Positions 42,190 to 50,927 of a DNA stretch of 64,000 bases are shown one piece after another. Below the pieces are notes generated by a model. The model did no database searches. It had not been told where the DNA came from and was given only the letters and a program-made list of their open reading frames with translations. The position numbers were made by a program, and so were the translations under genes. Within the stretch, counting starts at the first letter, position 1. Every line of letters starts with the position of its first letter. Source of the DNA: an uncultured Halanaerobiales bacterium (GTDB lineage: Bacteria > Bacillota > Halanaerobiia > Halanaerobiales > M55B127); contig CAYSHP010000006.1 in NCBI GenBank assembly GCA_964430875.1, forward strand, positions 5,699-69,698. The letters run 5' to 3'.

Positions 42190-43695
42190 TTAAATAGCAC
42201 CTCTCTTTACACCTGTAGCATGATACATTATTTCTTCTTCATTTATATGTTCATCTTCTAATATACCAGTAATAGAACCTGATCTCATAACAACCACACG
42301 TGTGCACATTCCAATTATTTCTTCTAATTCAGAAGAAATAAATATTACTGAAATTCCTGATTGAACTAATTCATGAATGAAATTAAATATTTCCATCTTG
42401 GCATTTACATCAATACCTCGAGTTGGTTCATCAAATATGAAAATATTAGGTTCAGTATCTAAACTCTTTGCTAAAGATACTTTCTGCTGATTGCCACCAC
42501 TTAAATACTCTAATGCAATATCCAAGGAAGGTGCTTGTATATTAAATTCATCTACATAATATCTTGCTTTCTCTTTTACTTTTTTGTGATTAATTAAAAT
42601 TTTAGTATAATTTTTAAGTGATATTAATGTTATATTACTAGGAACATTAAAATTAGTTAAGATGCCTACTCCCTGTCTATCTTCTGGTAAATAAGCTATA
42701 TCATTTTTTACCGCTTTAGAAGGAGAATCTATAATTACCTTTTCCCCGTTTATAAATATTTCACCACTACTTTTTTCTCTAATCCCAATAATAGTTTCTG
42801 CTAATTCTGTTCTACCTGCTCCTACTAAGCCTGAAAATCCTAATATTTCACCTTTTTTTAAATCAAAGTTGATATTTTCTAATAGACCCTCTACATTTAG
42901 GTTTTTTACTTCTAAAACTTTCTCTTCACCTGCTTTTACTTTAGAGGGAAACATCTGATTTAACTCTCTACCCACCATTCTATTGGCCATTTCTTTTTCA
43001 TCTAAGTCATCCGCCTCTTCTAGACAGATAAATTCACCATCTCTTAACACCATAACACGATCACAAATTTCTTTAACTTCTTTTAAGTTATGAGAGATGT
43101 ATATTATAGTAATATCTTGACTTACTAAATCCTTCATCAATTTAAAGAGAGTTTTTACTTCAAAGGGAGTTAAGACTGTAGTAGGTTCATCCATTATTAA
43201 AAGTTTAGAATTATAGGCAACTGCTTTGGCAATTTCAACCATTTGTTTTTGAGCTACACTTAAATTACTAATTTTTTCATTAGGATCAATTTCTGTTTCT
43301 AAGACTTTTAAAAATTTATTGGTTTCTTTACGCATTTTATCCTTATCTAATAGAAATCTATTTTTTTGATACTCTTTACCTAAAAATATATTTTCATAAA
43401 CATTTAAATCATTGATTAAGTTAAACTCCTGAGGAATTGTATTAATACCAATATTTTTGGCTTTTTGTACATCCATATCTACCTTTTTACCTTGAAAAAA
43501 CACTTCTCCTTTGGTCTGTTGATATATACCATTTAATATTTTGATAAAGGTAGATTTGCCAGCTCCATTTTCCCCAATAATACCGAATATTTCGCCTTTT
43601 TTGATTTCAATATTTATATCATCTAATACTCTGACACCAGAAAATTCTTTGGCAATATTTTTTGTTTTAACTAAAACTTCATGCAAGTTAATCAC
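42190..43695 (-). CDS. Sugar ABC transporter ATP-binding protein (tandem ATPase, RbsA type)
   Basis: Two nucleotide-binding halves (GENGAGKST; second signature LSGGNQQKV). Confidence 0.88.
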   Translation of the reverse strand: MINLHEVLVKTKNIAKEFSGVRVLDDINIEIKKGEIFGIIGENGAGKSTFIKILNGIYQQTKGEVFFQGKKVDMDVQKAKNIGINTIPQEFNLINDLNVYENIFLGKEYQKNRFLLDKDKMRKETNKFLKVLETEIDPNEKISNLSVAQKQMVEIAKAVAYNSKLLIMDEPTTVLTPFEVKTLFKLMKDLVSQDITIIYISHNLKEVKEICDRVMVLRDGEFICLEEADDLDEKEMANRMVGRELNQMFPSKVKAGEEKVLEVKNLNVEGLLENINFDLKKGEILGFSGLVGAGRTELAETIIGIREKSSGEIFINGEKVIIDSPSKAVKNDIAYLPEDRQGVGILTNFNVPSNITLISLKNYTKILINHKKVKEKARYYVDEFNIQAPSLDIALEYLSGGNQQKVSLAKSLDTEPNIFIFDEPTRGIDVNAKMEIFNFIHELVQSGISVIFISSELEEIIGMCTRVVVMRSGSITGILEDEHINEEEIMYHATGVKRGAI

Positions 43696-43732
43696 CTACT
43701 CTCTGCGGTAATTAGCAATTTTATTATTATAT

Positions 43733-44722
43733 TTAACCCTTCATTGCATCATCAAAGGCTGCTTCATTAGGTTTGAAATCAACACTTCTTACAAACTCTA
43801 AGGCTTCTTGTGCACCGTAAATTCTATCCATTCCAGAATCTTCCCATTCTACTGATAAAGGTCCATTATAGCCAATATTATTTAACTCTCTAATAATATC
43901 TTCAAAATTAACGTCCCCATGTCCTAAAGACCTAAAGTTCCAACCCCTTTTAGTATCCCCAAAGGGTAAATGCGATCCTAGTATACCCGCTTTACCATCT
44001 AAGGTAACAGCAGCGTCTTTCATATGAACATGATAAATTTTATCTGGAAAATCTCTAATTAAAAGATGTGGTGTAACTCCCTGCCAGATTAAATGACTGG
44101 GATCAAAATTAATACCTAAGGTTTTTCTATGATTAAATACTTTAAATAATTTTTCTGTTGTGTAATAATCATAAGCAATTTCAGTAGGATGTATTTCAAG
44201 AGCAAACTTAACTTCATTTTCATCAAAAACATCAAATATTGGTGACCAAAGTTCTACTATTTCCTGATAAGCATTTTCAACTATTTCTTCTGATGTCTGT
44301 GGAAAAGAATAAAAGTACTTCCACACCGGTGATCCAGTAAAACCATTTACTACTTTTACGCCCATATTTTTAGCAGCTTTAGCTGTATATTTCATTTCCT
44401 GGATTGCCCAATCTTTAATTGCTTTAGAGTCTCCTTTTACTTCATCGGGCACAAAATTATCTAGCCTGGGATCATATAAAGCCCCTACACACTGTCCTGC
44501 CAAATGTGCTCCCAAAGCATGACATTCTAAATCATATTTTTTAAGTAACTCTTTTTTCTTTTTAACATATTCTTTATCTTCGGCTGCTTTTTTTACCTCC
44601 ATATGGTCTCCCCAACAAGCAATTTCCAATCCATCGTATCCTAGATCACTCATTAATTTACATACTTCTTCAAATTCCAAATCTGCCCATTGTCCGGTAA
44701 AGATTGTAACTGGTCTTCCCAT
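43733..44722 (-). CDS. Sugar phosphate isomerase/epimerase (xylose isomerase-like TIM barrel)
   Basis: YDGLEI.., EIHP, HVHMKD and WEDSG motifs typical of the AP-endonuclease-2/TIM family. Confidence 0.75.
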   Translation of the reverse strand: MGRPVTIFTGQWADLEFEEVCKLMSDLGYDGLEIACWGDHMEVKKAAEDKEYVKKKKELLKKYDLECHALGAHLAGQCVGALYDPRLDNFVPDEVKGDSKAIKDWAIQEMKYTAKAAKNMGVKVVNGFTGSPVWKYFYSFPQTSEEIVENAYQEIVELWSPIFDVFDENEVKFALEIHPTEIAYDYYTTEKLFKVFNHRKTLGINFDPSHLIWQGVTPHLLIRDFPDKIYHVHMKDAAVTLDGKAGILGSHLPFGDTKRGWNFRSLGHGDVNFEDIIRELNNIGYNGPLSVEWEDSGMDRIYGAQEALEFVRSVDFKPNEAAFDDAMKG

Positions 44723-44754
44723 TATTTATTCCTCCTCATATAAATGGTTAAATA

Positions 44755-45927
44755 TTAGAATTTAATCCAAGTAGAATCTGCTTCATCACTATCCACAGTC
44801 TTATTTATAAATCTAACCCCCTGTGCTCCTTCACGCGCTGTTGGAAACTTAATATTGAGATCTTTATAATCAGTTCCACTTTTTTTGTCCAATAAAGTAT
44901 CTTCAAAACTTGTGTAAATGTTAGAAAACGCTTCATAATAACCTTCAGGATGTCCAGCTGGTATTCTAGGTAAATCATTAGCTAAAGGATAAAGTTCATC
45001 CCTACCTCTTGATAATATTTCAGTTGGTTTATTTAGATAAGATACCTTTAATTCATTTGGATGTTCCTGATGCCATTCAATAGATCCTTTCGTACCATAA
45101 ATTCTTACTTTTAAATCATTATCATGACCAACCGCAACCTGAGAACACCAATAAACTCCCGTTGCACCACCTTTATATTTAATTAAAATTTCAGCATTAT
45201 CATCTAACTCTCTACCTTTTCCAAATCTATCAAGATTAGCACATAAAGTATCAATATTAAGGTCGGTTATATAAGAAACCATATTTTCTAAATGACTTCC
45301 AATATCGCCCACACAATTAGCCCGGCCGGCCATTTTGGGATCAGTTCGCCAAGAAGCCTGCTTATTACCCGCTTTTTCAGCTAAAGTAGCCAACCAATCT
45401 TGTGAATATTCACCAATTACTACTCTAATATCTCCGATGTCACCTCTTTTGACCATTTCCCTGGCATGTTTAACCATTGGATAACCTGTATAAGTATATG
45501 TAACACAAAATAATAGTTCGTTTTTCTTAGCTATTTCATCTAGTTCATCTGCTTCTTCGTAAGTGAAGGTAAGTGGCTTATCACAAACAACATTGATTCC
45601 TTTTTCTAAAAATAACTTAGCTATTTCATAATGTAAGTAATTAGGAGTTACTATCGAAACAAAGTCAATAGGATCTTCTCTTTTAGATTCTTTTTCAGCC
45701 ATATCTTCATATGTTTTATAAAGCCTATCCTCCGTTAGACCAAGACTTTTCCCTGTGTTCTTGGTATTTTCATAATCTCTTGAAAAACAACCTGTTACAA
45801 GACATGCTTTTTTATCAAAGACTGCTGCTTTGCGATGTACTTCACCAATAAAAGAACCTGAGCCTCCACCCACCATACCATACCTTAAAACTTTTGAAGA
45901 CTTGACACTTTCCTTACCTTCAATCAT
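44755..45927 (-). CDS. Gfo/Idh/MocA-family NAD(P)-dependent oxidoreductase
   Basis: N-terminal Rossmann motif RYGMVGGGSGSFIG and EKP-like CDKPL motif. Confidence 0.8.
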   Translation of the reverse strand: MIEGKESVKSSKVLRYGMVGGGSGSFIGEVHRKAAVFDKKACLVTGCFSRDYENTKNTGKSLGLTEDRLYKTYEDMAEKESKREDPIDFVSIVTPNYLHYEIAKLFLEKGINVVCDKPLTFTYEEADELDEIAKKNELLFCVTYTYTGYPMVKHAREMVKRGDIGDIRVVIGEYSQDWLATLAEKAGNKQASWRTDPKMAGRANCVGDIGSHLENMVSYITDLNIDTLCANLDRFGKGRELDDNAEILIKYKGGATGVYWCSQVAVGHDNDLKVRIYGTKGSIEWHQEHPNELKVSYLNKPTEILSRGRDELYPLANDLPRIPAGHPEGYYEAFSNIYTSFEDTLLDKKSGTDYKDLNIKFPTAREGAQGVRFINKTVDSDEADSTWIKF

Positions 45928-46011
45928 CTTAATCCTCCTTTGTAATATTTAAAATTATTTTGCCAATTTTTTAATATTTATTAATTTTCTGAAATTTATA
46001 TTAATAAAAAG

Positions 46012-47196
46012 TTAACTTCTGTTTTCTACTAACATATTTTTATTAAATATTATCTTAGCAAGTCCATACACAGTTGCTAATTCTCCTAATTTACTATATT
46101 TAACTTCAACCTTATCATAGTTTAGAGCTAAAGTTTTCTCATTTATTGTTTTCTTTATTTCTGGATCTAAATACTCTTTTATCTTTAAAATATTTCCCCC
46201 AATAACCATTAAGTCTGGACTTAAACTATTAATTATATTTGCTAATCCAATTCCTATATTCTCCCCTACATTTTTGAAAAGTTTAATTATCTCTTCATTT
46301 TGTTTATTATCTTTGATTTTTTCATAAATTTGATCAATATTTAAAGATTTATCTGCTGTAATTTCAACATATCGGTCATATATATAATTTTCTGATGCTA
46401 GAGTTTCCCAACAACCTTTATTTCCACAATGACAGCTTCTTTGAGATTCACTTTCTATAATGATATGGCCAAATTCACCTGCATTGCCAGAAGCACCTCG
46501 ATAAAGTTTACCATTAAATATTAAGCCACACCCTATACCTTCATTAATTGATACATAAACCATATTAATTTCTTTATCATAATTAAATTCTTTCTCCCCA
46601 ATTCCCGCTGCATTCGCTTCATTTTCAACAAAAATGGGAACTTTAAATTTTTCATTCATATATTCACTTATTTTTTCTTCTTTCCAGCCTAAATTAGGAG
46701 CAAATTCAAGCAAATCTCTATCTTTATTAACAAGACCAGGTACTGCAAAGCCAATACCTAATAGATCATACTCATCTATATTTCTTTTATCCATTATCTT
46801 TTTTATATTATCAACAATTTTTTCTAAAATATCATCTGGAGTGTTTTTCTTCTCAATATAGAATTCAATTTTTTGTTCAACCTTTAATTTTAAGTTAAAC
46901 GAGACAATTCTAACCTTACTTACCTCTATATCTACTCCTATAATGTAACCCTTATTGGGATTGATTGTTAAAAATACTGGTTTTCTCCCACCTGATGAAA
47001 GGCCTTTTTCTTTTTCTATTACAAACCCTTCTTCAATTAAGGTTTTTACATGGTTAGATATTGTAGCAGCACTATATTCTGTTTTTTCTGACAATTCTTT
47101 ACGAGAAATTGGTCCATATTCATTGATCAGTCTCAATATACTAGACTGATTTAAGTTTTTAATAAATTTAGAATTTCCTATTTTAATCTTATCCAT
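46012..47196 (-). CDS. ROK-family transcriptional regulator (XylR-like)
   Basis: N-terminal wHTH (ILRLINEYGPISRKELSEKT.YSAATISNHVKTL) and ROK zinc motif CHCGNKGCWE. Start set at MDKIK. Confidence 0.85.
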   Translation of the reverse strand: MDKIKIGNSKFIKNLNQSSILRLINEYGPISRKELSEKTEYSAATISNHVKTLIEEGFVIEKEKGLSSGGRKPVFLTINPNKGYIIGVDIEVSKVRIVSFNLKLKVEQKIEFYIEKKNTPDDILEKIVDNIKKIMDKRNIDEYDLLGIGFAVPGLVNKDRDLLEFAPNLGWKEEKISEYMNEKFKVPIFVENEANAAGIGEKEFNYDKEINMVYVSINEGIGCGLIFNGKLYRGASGNAGEFGHIIIESESQRSCHCGNKGCWETLASENYIYDRYVEITADKSLNIDQIYEKIKDNKQNEEIIKLFKNVGENIGIGLANIINSLSPDLMVIGGNILKIKEYLDPEIKKTINEKTLALNYDKVEVKYSKLGELATVYGLAKIIFNKNMLVENRS

Positions 47197-47405
47197 AGTT
47201 ATTACCCTTTCAAAACTTAATTTAATACTTAATTTAACACTTAAAATAACTAACATATGTATATTTCTTTTTATTTCATTATTTTCCTGCATAAATTTCA
47301 AATTTTTTTATTTTTTTTAGTTTTTAACATAAAAAAACCCTTATAGTAAATAGATTATTAATATTCAATCTCTCTACCATAAGGGGAGTATGTCATATTT
47401 TATTA

Positions 47406-48344
47406 TTAGCTTTTATATTTTTTTATTTTTTCAAATATTTCTTTAACAGATAAAATTTCATCAACTTTCCATAAACCTTCACCTGTAAAAAATACACCTT
47501 CTTCTAAATCACCTTTTCTACCTTTCAACAAAGCATCTCTAATACAAAATTCTTTAGTACATTTCTTTAAACAGTTGTCACAATTTACCGGTTCAGGGGC
47601 TACACCATTTTTTATTAATTCTGTAAATCTAGTTTTTATTGCATTAGCAGGTAATCCAACCGAACTCATGATTTGAACTATATCCTTCTTTTGAGCTTCT
47701 ACACATAACTTCTTGAAATTATCTGCTATATTAGCTTCTTCACTTGCTAAAAATCTTGTTCCCATCTGCACACCATCAAGCCCTAATTTAAACATATTAT
47801 CTACATCTTCTGGTGTCACAATATCACCGGCTCCAATAACCGGTATACTAATTTTATCTTTTATCCTTTTTATAAGGGGTAAGGCATCTTCATCTGTACC
47901 GAGGTGTCCGCCTGCATCTCCCCCTTCTATAACAATTGCATCTGCACCTAGTTTTTCAGAAATTTTAGCTAATCTAAGTGATGAAACAATTGGTATTATG
48001 GGTATATCATATTTTTTTCCAATCGTAAACATATCTCTTGAAAAACCTGCTCCAGAAATTATTACATCAATACCTGCTTCTACAGAAGCAGTTATTAACT
48101 TTTTGAACTCTTTAGCAGCAAACATTATGTTAACACCTAATATGCCATCTGTCATACTCTTTGCTTTTTTAATTTCGGCTTTTAATTCATCTACCGGTAA
48201 GGCAGTTCCAGCTATAACACCGATACCACCTTCATTAGCTACTGCACTTGCTAGTTTAGCCATAGATATTCTAATGGCCATACCGCCCTGTATAATAGGG
48301 TATTTAGGAACCAAATCTCCTATCTTTAATTTTGGAAATTTCAT
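47406..48344 (-). CDS. Nitronate monooxygenase / FabK-like FMN oxidoreductase
   Basis: PIIQGGMA, GGIGVIAG and GADAIVIEG..AGGH motifs. Confidence 0.8.
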   Translation of the reverse strand: MKFPKLKIGDLVPKYPIIQGGMAIRISMAKLASAVANEGGIGVIAGTALPVDELKAEIKKAKSMTDGILGVNIMFAAKEFKKLITASVEAGIDVIISGAGFSRDMFTIGKKYDIPIIPIVSSLRLAKISEKLGADAIVIEGGDAGGHLGTDEDALPLIKRIKDKISIPVIGAGDIVTPEDVDNMFKLGLDGVQMGTRFLASEEANIADNFKKLCVEAQKKDIVQIMSSVGLPANAIKTRFTELIKNGVAPEPVNCDNCLKKCTKEFCIRDALLKGRKGDLEEGVFFTGEGLWKVDEILSVKEIFEKIKKYKS

Positions 48345-48480
48345 TATTTATTCTCCTTGTTTAAAATAATAATCAAACCTTAATACTGATTAATTATAAC
48401 ATATATATAATTATTATCAATGTTATCAAGTTTTTCTAATTTTTATTAATGCTGATTTTTTGATTAATTATACACCTAAT

Positions 48481-48509
48481 AAAAATTAAACAGCTTTAAA
48501 GCTGTTTAA
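48481..48509 (-). terminator. Terminator after regulator R1 (core CAGCTTTAAAGCTG)
   Basis: 24-nt perfect palindrome TTAAACAGCTTTAAAGCTGTTTAA, 6 nt after the stop. Followed by TTTTT on the minus strand. Confidence 0.75.
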
Positions 48510-48515
48510 TTTAAT

Positions 48516-49661
48516 TTATACATTTTGAAAATTAATTTGTAACTCTTTTTCATCTATTCCAGTCTCTGAACAAATCGAATCACATACTCTTTTTAATACT
48601 TTAGAAGCATTAGATTTAGTTAATTCTAATAACAACATCAAATATTGATCTTTGTCCCATTTTGTTATTATATCTCCCTTTCTTAATTCAGTCTCTAATG
48701 TTTTCTCAATATAATATATGTTATTATTTATAAAATTTTGATTATCAAATTTTATATATGCCAAAAATATTGACTTATTATTTCTTTCTGCTCTTCTTTT
48801 TTCTAATTTATAAATCATTCTAAAGATATCATTAGAACATATAAATGCTCCCCTAATATTATCTCTTTCATTTAATTTATCTTGTATTATATTTAGATAA
48901 TTCTTATCAAAATTTTTATTATATAACTCTTCTAACTTTGGCATATTACTCAAATCTAAATTTTTATTAAATAATTCTTTTGCATATTTATAATGAGATC
49001 TAGCATGTCCAATTTTACCAAGCTCTAATAGAGAAGACATATAAATGGTGTGTATTTCTTCTTCTAATGGTTCAATATTAAAACTTTTTTCACAGACCTC
49101 TATTATTTTTTCATGCCGGTCATATTCTTTTAATAGTTTAATATATTCTATTACATTTTCAATATAATACCAGTGATAATTATTTCTACTGGGTATAACC
49201 CAATCATAGTACGGTATCTCGGGCAAATAATCTCCATTATACATATTAAAGGCTTGTTCATAATATTCAAACGCTTCTATTGGTTTTTCTTTACTGACTA
49301 AATTTGCTTTTTTACATAAGTTGATAAACTCTTCAATATCTAACCAATATTCTGATTCTTTATTAAAAAAACATCTTCCCTGACAGTTTATAATGTATTG
49401 GCAATCTTTTTCTTTTGAATTTAAATTTTTCCTTAACCTATACACAAGATTTGTTACTGTATGTGTAGGGTTTTTTATATTCTGGTCAGGCCAAAGATTA
49501 TTCATAATAATTTCAGGATGTATATTTTTCCCTCTTTCTGTTATTAAGTATTTAAATAATAGCCATGGTTTATCATTTGATCTATTATGCGGAGATAATA
49601 GATTACCATTACATTTAACCTTGAATTCACCTAAAGTATAAATCCTTAAAGGTTCATCCAT
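48516..49661 (-). CDS. Regulator R1: SARP/BTAD-type transcriptional activator with C-terminal degenerate GGDEF-like domain
   Basis: N-terminal OmpR/PhoB-type wHTH (YTLGEFKV..KPWLLFKYL..VTNLVYRLRKNL). BTAD-like helical repeat (WLDIEEF..YNGDYLPE..W...R). C-terminal LRKGDIITKWDKDQYLMLL aligns to RxxD-x5-GGDEF-xxLL. Start set at MDEPL (49661, GGGGTGA SD), matching paralog R2. Confidence 0.7.
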   Translation of the reverse strand: MDEPLRIYTLGEFKVKCNGNLLSPHNRSNDKPWLLFKYLITERGKNIHPEIIMNNLWPDQNIKNPTHTVTNLVYRLRKNLNSKEKDCQYIINCQGRCFFNKESEYWLDIEEFINLCKKANLVSKEKPIEAFEYYEQAFNMYNGDYLPEIPYYDWVIPSRNNYHWYYIENVIEYIKLLKEYDRHEKIIEVCEKSFNIEPLEEEIHTIYMSSLLELGKIGHARSHYKYAKELFNKNLDLSNMPKLEELYNKNFDKNYLNIIQDKLNERDNIRGAFICSNDIFRMIYKLEKRRAERNNKSIFLAYIKFDNQNFINNNIYYIEKTLETELRKGDIITKWDKDQYLMLLLELTKSNASKVLKRVCDSICSETGIDEKELQINFQNV

Positions 49662-49926
49662 AAAATCACCCCTTTCAGTGGTTTTTGGGGTAACTGTATA
49701 TGGTATAGAAATGAGAGTTAATAAATTAATAAAAGCTATAGTAAATACAATGAAAAAACATTGCAAGAAAAATTTATCATTATCTTTACCATAGCTTAAA
49801 TTTAAATATATATATTTTTAATTCTCTTTTATAAGTTAACTTTAATTATATCACGAAATTTTTATTTAATCAATATAAATATACTAAATTTTGTTAATTA
49901 TACATTCGATATAAGATTAACTTGTG

Positions 49927-49942
49927 ATAATCATATGATTAT
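49927..49942. promoter_or_regulatory. 16-bp perfect palindrome ATAATCATATGATTAT, preceded by CTTGTGAT
   Basis: Read directly in the R1/A1 divergent intergenic region. Function unknown. Confidence 0.3.
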
Positions 49943-50025
49943 TTTTACTATTAATATATTAAGAACTTCTATATATACAATCTAATTACTTTTATGGAAA
50001 ATATTTATTAAAAAAATTAATTTAT

Positions 50026-50040
50026 TTGTGATTATCACAA
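50026..50040. promoter_or_regulatory. Palindrome TTGTGAT-T-ATCACAA, candidate operator about 180 bp upstream of gene A1
   Basis: 15-bp palindrome. The 9-mer TTTGTGATT recurs at the equivalent distance upstream of gene B1 (54555). Confidence 0.35.
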
Positions 50041-50206
50041 GACATAGAAATGATACCTAAGTGCTATTATTAAAACAAGCAGGGAATTTATAAAAATATA
50101 AAAAAAGGAGGGGGTTGAAAAATAAGTTTTATGCCGGTGATTATTGGGCGGACCGAATTAAGTAGTTTGGTATCTTAAAATAAAAAAACATAAGGAGTGT
50201 TAAATA

Positions 50207-50839
50207 ATGAAAAAATTAGGTATTGGTATATTTGTTTTGATGTTTATTGTATTGGTAGCTATGCCAGTTTTAGCTCTTAATGAGTTAGTTGATATTGATG
50301 ATTCTACTTTATGCTATCCTGATTTCTGGACATGGGTAGACGACCGTGATGATAATAGTGTTGACAAAGACTTATTTGATGATAAAGATATGGTTGATTT
50401 TGATGTAAAATTCTGTGGTTTAGGTCAAGGTTTAGGTGGCCAAAGTGTAAATGGTGTAATGTTTATGGAAAAAAATTATGAAAGATCCGATGTAATTAAT
50501 GGTGGTTCATATGCAAATGCTCATGGCATAGTAACCACTCAAATGTCATCTGGTAATTCAAATTTACAATCTGCTGCTATTTATGCAGATGTTAAATACT
50601 TGGGTGATATTGACCTAGTACCAGTAGGACAAAGTGTTAATGGAGTATTATTCCTAGAAAAAGGTTATATGAGATATGATATGATAGGTGGCGGCGCATT
50701 CGCTAATGCTGTTGGTATTATAACAACTCAACTATCCTCAGGTAATGCAAATCTACAACAAGCTATTGTTGATATAGAAGTAAATCCATCTGTTTTCTGT
50801 CATCCAGCTCCAGCTCCAATTTGCCCATGTAGCAAATAG
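50207..50839 (+). CDS. A1: secreted two-repeat N/Q/G-rich protein (candidate fibre subunit)
   Basis: Signal peptide ..AMPVLA|LNE. Acidic Asp-rich linker. Two 52-aa repeats with 63-aa period (GQSVNGV.F.EK.Y.R.D.I.GG.[YF]ANA.GI.TTQ.SSGN.NLQ). Cys-rich tail CHPAPAPICPCSK. AAGGAG SD. Confidence 0.8.
   Translation: MKKLGIGIFVLMFIVLVAMPVLALNELVDIDDSTLCYPDFWTWVDDRDDNSVDKDLFDDKDMVDFDVKFCGLGQGLGGQSVNGVMFMEKNYERSDVINGGSYANAHGIVTTQMSSGNSNLQSAAIYADVKYLGDIDLVPVGQSVNGVLFLEKGYMRYDMIGGGAFANAVGIITTQLSSGNANLQQAIVDIEVNPSVFCHPAPAPICPCSK
50438..50782 (+). repeat. Tandem coding repeat in A1 (2 x about 156 nt, period 189 nt)
   Basis: Residues 78-129 and 141-192 align with more than 60% identity. Confidence 0.85.
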
Positions 50840-50852
50840 TTTGATATAAAAT

Positions 50853-50885
50853 GCAGGGTATTTGATATACCCTGCTCTAGTTTCC
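50853..50885 (+). terminator. Intra-operon hairpin/attenuator after A1
   Basis: GCAGGGTAT-TTGAT-ATACCCTGC located 14 nt after the stop. Weak T tract. The counterpart after B1 has the same GCAGGGT/ACCCTGC core. Confidence 0.55.
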
Positions 50886-50927
50886 TTGTTAAGTATAGTA
50901 GAATAATTCTTATAAGGAGGAAAATTT

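Noticed and set aside
47713-48369. 218-aa plus-strand ORF
   Set aside because: It is entirely antisense to the nitronate monooxygenase/FabK-like gene, which has clear family motifs. The translation is repetitive and Ser/Pro/Ile-rich, with no recognisable domain.
50041-50206. Search for a c-di-GMP riboswitch in the A1 and B1 (54600-54744) leaders
   Set aside because: No GCAAA/ACGCAAAGCC-type GEMM-I blocks are present, and I saw no recognisable c-di-GMP-II features. Regulation there is more likely protein-mediated (R1/R2).
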